In this document: one piece after another, positions 48,602 through 57,611 of the stretch
Layout of the letters: each line of letters begins with the position of its first letter
Numbering within the stretch: the stretch's first letter is position 1
Assembly: GCA_043228905.1 (NCBI GenBank)
Contig: JBHGNT010000011.1
Coordinates: forward strand, 434,001 to 498,000
Direction of reading: 5' to 3'
DNA length: 64,000 bases
Origin: Azolla caroliniana
Lineage: Eukaryota; Plantae; Polypodiophyta
Translations under genes and position numbers: made by a program
The notes under the pieces: generated by a model
What the model was told of the DNA's origin: nothing
The model's database searches: none
The model's input: only the letters and a program-made list of their open reading frames with translations

Positions 48602-50623
48602 TCACCCCCTCCAAACCCGCACATCCTCCGGTATGTGCCGAAGTTGTTGGTGTTTGTTAGTCTCCTCCGTCCGGTCTCTACCCGATTGGTTTCGTTGCCG
48701 GCTCGTAGTACCCTCGACTTCTCTTGTTATGTTGACTTTGTCTCTCCATTTGGAGCACATCCATTCTTTCCACCCGAACCATTGTCGACATCCGATCCAC
48801 CATAGTCTTCGTTCGCTTTTTGCATGGCCCGCTTGGTCCTTGTCATCCGCGGTAGTATCTTTTCTTGCCCTCTTTCTTTTCTTCATCAATCTCGACTTCT
48901 TTTCGGATTCTCGGTTTAGTCGGATTAGCTTACTTCCGATTCGGTCTTGTCGGATCGTCTTTCGTTTAGTTCGGCTTCCTTTCCGATTTGTATTCGGTCG
49001 ATCCGGACTCGGTTGATCGGTTTTTACCGATTCAGTGCTCTTTCGGGTCGGTTTCTTTTCTTTTCTTTTCGTCCGGATTTGCTTTCTTTTCTTCGTTTTC
49101 ACCTGCCTTGTCCGGGTCGACTTTCGGCACTTCTTTCCGTTGTTCGCCATGTAGGTCCTCCGATATGTGCTCGTTGTTCGGTCCTCGTGTGGTTGTAATG
49201 CATGCTTCTTTTCTCGCCGTAACGCGTGCTTCTTTATTCGCCATAACACGAGTTTCTTTATTCGCCGTAGAGCGTGCTCTGTATTACGCGCTTCTCCCGT
49301 CGTAGACCCGACCTCCGCATTGTCGCACTTTCTTTTAGATTGGAATTTCGGATGGATCATTTTCCATCCGAACCGACTTCCGACTTTACCTTCCTCGCCG
49401 CCATCTCCCGTCTCTCCAGTCTCACGTTGGTTCTCGGACACAACCGCCGAAGTCTCTAGATATTGTTGGCATGAATCCTCGGTATTACCTTCTTTCGTAG
49501 TTTTACCCTTAGCATTCTTCTCGGCTATCTCTTCATCGTATTCGTCGGCTTCGACATTCGTTTTCTCTCCGCCACCTTCCGTCTCTTCGGTCTCACGTTG
49601 CCTTTCGATCGCAACCGCCGGAGTCTCTGGAATCAGTGGTGGGGAAGTCTCGATATGGCAATCCGCCATTGATTCGTCCATAGCCACCTCCGATTCGATT
49701 TCGTCTTTTGTGGCTACCTCCTTAATCACATCCGCTTCACACTCTTTATCTGCATCAATTATGCAAACATCTATTATGCTTACCCCTTTTTGACCCGATG
49801 TCTCGGGCACTTGTATCCCGAAATTTCCTTCTACACTTGAATTATCGGCCTTATCCTTCGCCATCGTTCTTTGACAAGACGAGTGGGTGTCTTGTTCCAC
49901 TCTTTCTCCCGTGGTACCATCATGTTGTATTTCGGCCTTCATATTGGCTTCATCGTTTTTCCTCAATCGACCATCCTTCATGGGCCATGTCGTTGTTGAC
50001 GAGATTCTCAGCTTCCTTTCATCATGTCTTCGGCATACCCTTTCGACTTTGGCCCAATCCTCGGTAAGACCGTTCGCACCGTCATCGTCTTCGAGTTCGA
50101 TCCCGATGTCCATCCTTTCTTTTCGATCGATCGATCTTACGAACATTAAGACTTTATCTTCTCCCACCAATCTTCGTTCCCGCTCCGAGAGTCGAGCAAA
50201 ACGATGCTCGAACTCTAGGAACGCTTGCGTTGCACTTCGGTGAGTCTTCTCCGACGCCACCCATTCGTCGAATTCTCGTCGATCTCGTCCCGTCCATCTC
50301 TCATAGTCATATGTCTCCCGTAAAGCTTCTTCAAAGGACTCCCATGTCGAGTTTTGTTGTTGTATCTTGTGGATTCTCTCTTGTAGTTCGTCCGAGGCCA
50401 CCCGACTAAAGGATATCACTTGCAATCCTTCCGGTATCCGATATTGCATCATCTCCGCCTTATATTCACGTAGGTAGCGTGACACACCCTTACCGTTGAA
50501 TTCCCCGTTTCGTCGCAGAAGCCGCTCTACTGCCGCCTTCATCTCCGACATCGCACGTTGTTCTTGTTGCATCCGCGCAAACATTATCATCATCATGTTC
50601 ATCGCCTCTTGTTGATTCTCCAT
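48602..50623 (-). CDS. Element D gag-like protein (about 673 aa from the first ATG after the PBS) with long acidic then basic low-complexity tail
   Basis: Uninterrupted ORF; N-terminal FNGKGVSRYL...TWESFEEAL capsid-like motifs; homologous to the element A fragments. Confidence 0.75.
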   Translation of the reverse strand: MENQQEAMNMMMIMFARMQQEQRAMSEMKAAVERLLRRNGEFNGKGVSRYLREYKAEMMQYRIPEGLQVISFSRVASDELQERIHKIQQQNSTWESFEEALRETYDYERWTGRDRREFDEWVASEKTHRSATQAFLEFEHRFARLSERERRLVGEDKVLMFVRSIDRKERMDIGIELEDDDGANGLTEDWAKVERVCRRHDERKLRISSTTTWPMKDGRLRKNDEANMKAEIQHDGTTGERVEQDTHSSCQRTMAKDKADNSSVEGNFGIQVPETSGQKGVSIIDVCIIDADKECEADVIKEVATKDEIESEVAMDESMADCHIETSPPLIPETPAVAIERQRETEETEGGGEKTNVEADEYDEEIAEKNAKGKTTKEGNTEDSCQQYLETSAVVSENQRETGETGDGGEEGKVGSRFGWKMIHPKFQSKRKCDNAEVGSTTGEARNTEHALRRIKKLVLWRIKKHALRREKKHALQPHEDRTTSTYRRTYMANNGKKCRKSTRTRQVKTKKRKQIRTKRKEKKPTRKSTESVKTDQPSPDRPNTNRKGSRTKRKTIRQDRIGSKLIRLNRESEKKSRLMKKRKRARKDTTADDKDQAGHAKSERRLWWIGCRQWFGWKEWMCSKWRDKVNITREVEGTTSRQRNQSGRDRTEETNKHQQLRHIPEDVRVWRG

Positions 50624-52169
50624 CTCCTTGCCACCCGTCTTCACGTCGGGTTCACCACCGTGTCGTGCCTTTCGGCTCCGGATCGTTTGCGTGAGTCGGG
50701 TGGGAACCACTGGGGTTTTGGACTAGGAGAAAGAAGAATATGAGATGAGGCTAGTAATGGATAGATTATTAGAAAGAGAAGTAAGATAGCAATCTCGTGA
50801 ATCCCACGAGTTTAGTATATTTAGTCAATATTTAGGTAGTAAGAGAGAATTATATTTAGCAAATTCGTGAATCCCACGAATATTTTAGATTGATTGATCA
50901 TTATGGAAAAATAATCAACAAAAACTACAATGTGCTCCCCATCCTTATATAGTGATGGGAGAGACTAAGCATAGCTACATGCTTTTTTTCTAATATGTTC
51001 ATGCACACTAAATGTGCATGTGATGCTTTTCTAATCCTTGCTTTTATTTGCTAAATATAGTGCTCATGCACGCTAGATGTGCATGAGTCACTTTTTAGTT
51101 GCTTGCGTTTTTCTATAAAATATTCACGCACTCTAAAAATGCATGATTTACCTTTTAGTAAAGGTAGGCGCAAATAAACCACTTATATTTATTAAATCTA
51201 TTTATAAAACACTAAAGATAAGGTAGCATAATGGTAAAGTTGAGGTTTGGCTACGTGGAGGTACAAGGTTCAAATCTTGCCCTATGCACGTGATAAATAT
51301 CTTGATATTCTTATTTTATTTATTTATATGTAATTAAATCGGTTATATTATTTTTACTTTTTCACGTAGTGTACGAAATACACTACGACACCGGGATTAC
51401 TCATGAACCGGCTCACCACTCCGACTTCGTGTCCAATATCTGGTCGGGTACAAACCATTGCGTACATCAAGCTCCCGACGGCAGAGGCATATGGAATCTT
51501 CATCATATCTACCTTCTCTCCTTTCGTCTTCGGGCTTTGCTTGCCGGACAGCTTGCAGTTTGTCGGAAGTGTCGATCTGACCGGTTTTGCTTCTGACATG
51601 TTGAACCGGTGAAGCACCTTTGTCACATACTTCTCCTGTGACAGCCATAATTGCTTCACTGACCGGTCCCGAATGATGTGCATCCCCAACATCTGTCTTG
51701 CCGGACCCAAGTCTTTCATTGAGAAGGTCCGGTTGAGAGCCTTCTTCAGCATCCGTATTTTGCCTTGGTCTCATCCGACGATCAACATGTCATCCACGTA
51801 CAAGAGGAGTATCAGGAAGTCCCCTCCTTCGAACTTCTTCACAAACACGCAGTGATCGGCCTGCGTCTTGTGGTACCCTTGATCGGTCATGAAGGAGTCG
51901 AACTTCCGGTACCATTGCCGGGGAGCCTGCTTCAGTCCGTACAGGCTCTTCTTCAACCGGCATACCAGGTGCTCCTTCCCTTTCTCCACAAATCCTTCCG
52001 GTTGCTGCATGTAGATCTCCTCTTCGAGGTTGCCGTGAAGGAATGCCGTCTTCACGTCCAGATGCTCTACCTCGAGGTCCATGCTTGCTGCTATACTCAG
52101 CACCGTCCGGATGGAGGTCATCTTTACTACCGGGGCAAATATCTCGTCGAAGTCCACGCCCTTCTTCTG

Positions 52170-55100
52170 TGTTGGGATTACGGTCCCTCCGGATGGGATG
52201 GTCGGATGTCCGGAGATGAATGACGGCAAGCCCGGTTGCGGTTACGGAACCGGAGGATGAAGAGTACCCGGCTGCGGATCCGGATGATGATGACCCCGGC
52301 TACGGAGCCGGATGATGAAGACCCCGGTTACGGAGCCGGATGACGAATGTACTCGGAGAGAGATCCGGATGCGGGGACATATTTGTGAATATGTTTGCCA
52401 AGGGCCCTTGAGGCTATATTTGTAAATAGCCCGAAAGTCATATGTGTATAAATATGACTTAGGGCAAACAGTTTTGTTGTTGTTGCTCATTTTTTCTGTT
52501 TTCCACTTAGAGGGAGCGAAGTGAGAGCAGCCGTGAGAGAGAGTGAGAGAGAGAGAGAAAGGAAGAGGTCGACGCCTCTGTGTAATACCGCCGCATGTGG
52601 CGAGGACAGCGAGCTCAAGGTCGTCGCCTTGCAGCTCGCCATTGTACATTCCCAGCGTATAGTGATAGTTGGAGTCTTGCACTCCCGTGGTTTTTCCCGT
52701 CTAGGGTTTTCCACGTTAAACCCTGTGTATTCGAGTCTCTCTCTGTGTTTTCGATTTTCTGCTGCATTGACTCGTGTGTCCTCGGTTGTGGCCGAGAGGA
52801 GAAGGTTTTGAAAGCGTCGATTTCTAACAACTGGTATCAGAGCGACTGCAGTACAGAAAATGGAAGGCGGCAGCAGCGGGCAGCCGGGGATGGTAGTGCT
52901 GAATGCGCAGAACTACGCCGACTGGAAGATAAAGATGGAGGATCTGCTCATTGTTCGGGACCTATATGAACCGATCGACAGGTCGGAAATACCCAAGGGG
53001 GTACTTGAGACGGAATGGAGGCTTCTGAACCGGAAAGTCGTTGCAACCATTCGGCAATACGTCGACGTGAGCGTTCTACAACATGTGGCGAACGACACCA
53101 ACGCATATGAGATGTGGCAGAAGCTGTCGGGCCTCTACGAGAGGAAGAATGCGTTGAACCGGACCTCCCTGATGAGGAAGATAGTGAACCTCAAGTACCG
53201 GGACGGCGAGAGTATGGTGGAACACGTAAGCACGTTCATGGGATTCGTGAACCAGCTTGCGGCGATCAAGTTCCCGTTGGAGGATGCAATGCAAGCCATC
53301 ATACTGATGTGTACATTGCCGGAAAGCTGGGAGAACTTGGTGGTGACTCTCAGCACCTCCTGCACCGAAGAAAACTTGTCCCTACAAACGGTAAAGACAA
53401 GCATTTTGAACGAAGAAGCGTGTCGGAGAGATAAAGAACCGGCCTCCGATCCGAAGATGCTGCTTGCCGAATCGGATCGAGGAAGACAACGGAACCGGAG
53501 TCCGCAAAGACGGGAGAAGTCGGGGACCCGGTCGCAGTCAAGAGGAAGGCCCACATGCTTCCACTGTGGGAAGCCGGGGCACTTCCGAAAGAATTGTCGG
53601 CATTACCGAAAAGACAACGGAGCCGACAACACCGATTCGAAGAAGTCTTCGGAACGGAACGGTGCTTACCTGGGAGCCACGGACCGGAATGGTTCGGATC
53701 GGCGAGGGCAGGACCGGAAAGGAACAACGGCACTTGCGGCAAGTGAAGAGGAGATCATGCTCATCACCGAAGAAGGTGAACTAAACATTGCTGGCGATGA
53801 GACTACCTGGGTGGTCGATTCCGGAGCGTCGTTCCACCTGACCCCGGAAAGAAGATACTTCTCATCCTACACAACCGGTGAGCATGGCTGTGTTCGGATG
53901 GGAAATGAAGGTACGTGCCGGATTGCCGGCATAGGAGACGTGTGGTTGACAACCTCGACCGGATGCAAAATGTTGCTGAAGGATGTCCGACACGTTCCGG
54001 GGGTTCGATTGAACCTGATTTCGGCCGAGAGGCTAGACGATGAAGGCTACACAGGTAGCATCCGGAATTGCGTAATGAAGTTCATCAAGGGGAGCCTGAT
54101 AGTGGCTCGGGCCCGGAAAGTCAACACACTGTACCTTATGAATGCCTGGTTGTGTCCGGAGGAGTTGAACGTGGCAACCGACACTGCCGGTGAGCTGTGG
54201 CACAAGAGACTGTGCCACATGAGTGAGAAGGGGATGAAGAGGCTTGCAGAAGACAACCTTATTCCAGTGAAGCACGTGCACCTGGAGAAGTGCACCGATT
54301 GCCTGGCCGGTAAGCAGAACCGAACCTCCTTCCACTCAAGGCCACCGACGAGACGTAGTGTACAATTGGAGTTGGTACACACTGATGTGTGTCAGGTAGA
54401 AACGAAGTCACATGGCGGAGCCCAGTACTTCGTAACATTCATAGATGACCATAGCCGGAAGCTGTGGACGGCACCGCTGAAGACAAAGGACCAAGTATTG
54501 TCCGTCTTCAAAGAACTCCACGCGAGAGTGAAAAGAGAATCCGGCAAGAAGCTGAAAGCACTACGAGCGGATAACGGAGGAGAATACCGAGGGCAATTTG
54601 AGGAGTATTGCCGTTCGATGGGAATCCGGCTCGAGTTTACTGTGCCGAAGACGCCGGAACTGAACGGGCTGGCCGAGAGGATGAACCGGACCATAATGGA
54701 GAGGGTCCGGAGTATGCTGGCGCATGCGAAATTACCCAAGGGGTTTTGGGCTGAGGCAATGTCGACGGCGACATACGTGATAAACAGATCACCCTCAGTA
54801 CCTTTGGACGGAGACACGCCGCAGAGAGTGTGGACCGGTAGGGAAGTATCCTACCGGCATCTGAAGGTGTTCGGGTGTCTCGCATATGTGCATGTGGCAA
54901 AGGACCGGAAAGGAAAGCTAGATCCAAAGACCCGGCCATGCATATTCCTCGGTTACGGCGATGACGAGTTCGGCTACCGAGTATGGGACCCGGTCGACAA
55001 AAAGATATTTCGGAGTCGTGATATCATCTTCATGGAGGACAAAACACTCGCCGACTGGGAGTCGGAGAAGAAGATGAAGAGCTCCAAGTCGACCGGTGAG

Positions 55101-57603
55101 GATCAACTCTATGAGGAGCAGTCCCGACCGGCAAGGGACTGGTTAGCACTCGAGGATCCGGCCGAAGACGGTGAAGAAGCAGAACCGGCCGAGGAAGATG
55201 AATCTGATACCGGAACCGGCCCCGATCCCGAAATGGATTCGGATGAAGAGGAAACGGAGGAGCCGGTTACCGAAGCTCCGGAACGGAGATATCCTCTAAG
55301 AGAGAGAAGGGGCCCCCGGAGATTTCCGGAACCAGAGCACGTGCTGCTAACCGACGAGGGGGAGCCGGAGAGTTTTGAAGAAGCAAAGCTTGACACCCAT
55401 AACCGCAGGTGGTTAAGTGCCATGCAGGAGGAGATGGATTCCCTGCATGAGAACCACACATATGAACTTGTGGAGCTGCCGAAAGGAAAGCGGGCACTTC
55501 GAAACAAGTGGGTGTTCAAGCTGAAACCGGGAGATGCCGAAAACCCCCCGAGATACAAAGCCAGGATCGTGGTGAAGGGGTTCCAGCAGAAGAAGGGCGT
55601 CGACTTCGACGAGATATTTGCCCCGGTAGTGAAGATGACCTCCATCCGGACGGTGCTGAGCATAGCGGCAAGCATGGACCTCGAGGTAGAACAGATGGAC
55701 GTGAAGACGGCATTCCTCCACGGTGACCTCGAAGAAGAGATCTACATGCAGCAACCAGAAGGATTCGAGAAGAAAGGGAAGGAGCACCTGGTATGCCGGT
55801 TGAAGAAGAGCCTTTACGGACTGAAGCAGGCTCCCCGGCAATGGTACCGGAAGTTCGACTCTTTCATGACCGACGAAGGGTACCACAAAACGCAGTCCGA
55901 TCACTGCGTGTTTGTGAAGAAGTTCGAAGGAGGAGACTTTCTAATACTCCTCCTGTACGTGGACGACATGTTGATCGTCGGACGGGACCAGGTCAAGATA
56001 CAGATGCTGAAGAAAGCTCTTCACCGAACCTTCTCAATGAAGGACCTGGGTCCGGCGAGGCAAATACTAGGGATGCACATCATCCGGGACCGGAAGAAGA
56101 AGCAGTTGTGGCTGTCACAGGAGAAGTACGTGACAAAGGTGCTTCACCGGTTCAACATGTCGGAAGCAAGACCGGTCGGGTCAACCCTCCCGGCAAACTG
56201 CAAGTTGTCTAGCAAGCAAAGCCCCAAGACAAAGGCTGAGAAGGAGGACATGATGAAAGTACCATATGCCTCTGCCGTCGGAAGCTTGATGTACGCAATG
56301 GTGTGTACAAGACCGGACATAGGATATGCAGTCGGAGTGGTGAGCCGGTACATGAGCAATCCCGGCAAAGAGCACTGGAACACGGCCAAGTGGATACTCC
56401 GATACCTGAAGGGCACGGCAAACGTGTGCCTCCGATTCGGCTCTGGTAAGCCCGAACTCGACGGCTTTACCGATTCGGATATGTCGGCTGATGCAGATAC
56501 CAGCCGGTCCACATCAGGGTATGTGATGACGTATGCAGGGGGAGCTGTTTCGTGGCAGTCGAGGCTGCAGAAGACGGTTGCGTTGTCAACCACGGAGGCG
56601 GAGTACATGGCGGCTGTTGAAGCCGGCAAGGAAATAATATGGATGAAGGACTTCATCAGAGAGCTCGGTATCCGGCAGGAGGAGTACCGACTCTACTGCG
56701 ACAGTCAGAGTGCCATCCACCTTGCGAAGAACGCGGCCTATCACTCCCGGACGAAGCACATCCAGCGAAGATATCACTGGATCCGGGAAAGGATAGAAGA
56801 CAAGGAGTTCGTGCTGACGAAGATCCACACGGACGAGAACGGGTCGGATATGCTGACCAAGGTGCTCACACCCGACAAGCTGGAAGCATGCCGGAAGAGG
56901 ATCGGATTGGAGAGACATCCCATGCCGAAGTGAAGGGGGAGTTTGTTGGGATTACGGTCCCTCCGGATGGGATGGTCGGATGTCCGGAGATGAATGACGG
57001 CAAGCCCGGTTGCGGTTACGGAACCGGAGGATGAAGAGTACCCGGCTGCGGATCCGGATGATGATGACCCCGGCTACGGAGCCGGATGATGAAGACCCCG
57101 GTTACGGAGCTGGATGACGAATGTACTCGGAGAGAGATCCGGATGCGGGGACATATTTGTGAATATGTTTGCCAAGGGCCCTTGAGGCTATATTTGTAAA
57201 TAGCCCGAAAGTCATATGTGTATAAATATGACTTAGGGCAAACAGTTTTGTTGTTGTTGCTCATTTTTTCTGTTTTCCACTTAGAGGGAGCGAAGTGAGA
57301 GCAGCCGTGAGAGAGAGTGAGAGAGAGAGAGAAAGGAAGAGGTCGACGCCTCTGTGTAATACCGCCGCCTGTGGCGAGGACAGCGAGCTCAAGGTCGTCG
57401 CCTTGCAGCTCGCCATTGTACATTCCCAGCGTATAGTGATAGTTGGAGTCTTGCACTCCCGTGGTTTTTCCCGTCTAGGGTTTTCCACGTTAAACCCTGT
57501 GTATTCGAGTCTCTCTCTGTGTTTTCGATTTTCTGCTGCATTGACTTGTGTGTCCTCGGTTGTGGCCGAGAGGAGAAGGTTTTGAAAGCGTCGATTTCTA
57601 ACA
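52170..57603 (+). mobile_element. Intact, very young Tnt1/Tork-like Copia C2
   Basis: 660-bp LTRs 52170-52829 and 56944-57603 (3 substitutions seen); PBS-iMet 52832-52843; PPT 56927-56943; TSD TTCTG (52165-52169 and 57607-57611). Confidence 0.97.
52860..56933 (+). CDS. Copia Gag-Pol polyprotein (gag CCHC, protease, integrase, RT, RNase H), 1357 aa
   Basis: CFHCGKPGHFRKNC, WVVDSGASFH, LWHKRLCH, LVHTDVC, YVDDML, FTDSD, HSRTKHI; no stops. Confidence 0.97.
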   Translation: MEGGSSGQPGMVVLNAQNYADWKIKMEDLLIVRDLYEPIDRSEIPKGVLETEWRLLNRKVVATIRQYVDVSVLQHVANDTNAYEMWQKLSGLYERKNALNRTSLMRKIVNLKYRDGESMVEHVSTFMGFVNQLAAIKFPLEDAMQAIILMCTLPESWENLVVTLSTSCTEENLSLQTVKTSILNEEACRRDKEPASDPKMLLAESDRGRQRNRSPQRREKSGTRSQSRGRPTCFHCGKPGHFRKNCRHYRKDNGADNTDSKKSSERNGAYLGATDRNGSDRRGQDRKGTTALAASEEEIMLITEEGELNIAGDETTWVVDSGASFHLTPERRYFSSYTTGEHGCVRMGNEGTCRIAGIGDVWLTTSTGCKMLLKDVRHVPGVRLNLISAERLDDEGYTGSIRNCVMKFIKGSLIVARARKVNTLYLMNAWLCPEELNVATDTAGELWHKRLCHMSEKGMKRLAEDNLIPVKHVHLEKCTDCLAGKQNRTSFHSRPPTRRSVQLELVHTDVCQVETKSHGGAQYFVTFIDDHSRKLWTAPLKTKDQVLSVFKELHARVKRESGKKLKALRADNGGEYRGQFEEYCRSMGIRLEFTVPKTPELNGLAERMNRTIMERVRSMLAHAKLPKGFWAEAMSTATYVINRSPSVPLDGDTPQRVWTGREVSYRHLKVFGCLAYVHVAKDRKGKLDPKTRPCIFLGYGDDEFGYRVWDPVDKKIFRSRDIIFMEDKTLADWESEKKMKSSKSTGEDQLYEEQSRPARDWLALEDPAEDGEEAEPAEEDESDTGTGPDPEMDSDEEETEEPVTEAPERRYPLRERRGPRRFPEPEHVLLTDEGEPESFEEAKLDTHNRRWLSAMQEEMDSLHENHTYELVELPKGKRALRNKWVFKLKPGDAENPPRYKARIVVKGFQQKKGVDFDEIFAPVVKMTSIRTVLSIAASMDLEVEQMDVKTAFLHGDLEEEIYMQQPEGFEKKGKEHLVCRLKKSLYGLKQAPRQWYRKFDSFMTDEGYHKTQSDHCVFVKKFEGGDFLILLLYVDDMLIVGRDQVKIQMLKKALHRTFSMKDLGPARQILGMHIIRDRKKKQLWLSQEKYVTKVLHRFNMSEARPVGSTLPANCKLSSKQSPKTKAEKEDMMKVPYASAVGSLMYAMVCTRPDIGYAVGVVSRYMSNPGKEHWNTAKWILRYLKGTANVCLRFGSGKPELDGFTDSDMSADADTSRSTSGYVMTYAGGAVSWQSRLQKTVALSTTEAEYMAAVEAGKEIIWMKDFIRELGIRQEEYRLYCDSQSAIHLAKNAAYHSRTKHIQRRYHWIRERIEDKEFVLTKIHTDENGSDMLTKVLTPDKLEACRKRIGLERHPMPK

Positions 57604-57611
57604 ACATTCTG

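Larger units (their letters stand above)
47872..51390 (-). mobile_element. Element D: 3.5-kb tRNA-Trp-primed gag-only (non-autonomous) LTR element
   Basis: LTRs 47872-48600 and 50661-51390 (TGTCGTGCC...CACTACGACA); 4-bp TSD CCGG (47868-47871 and 51391-51394); PBS-Trp 50640-50657; PPT GGAGGGGGTGAG at 48601-48612; no pol. Confidence 0.92.
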
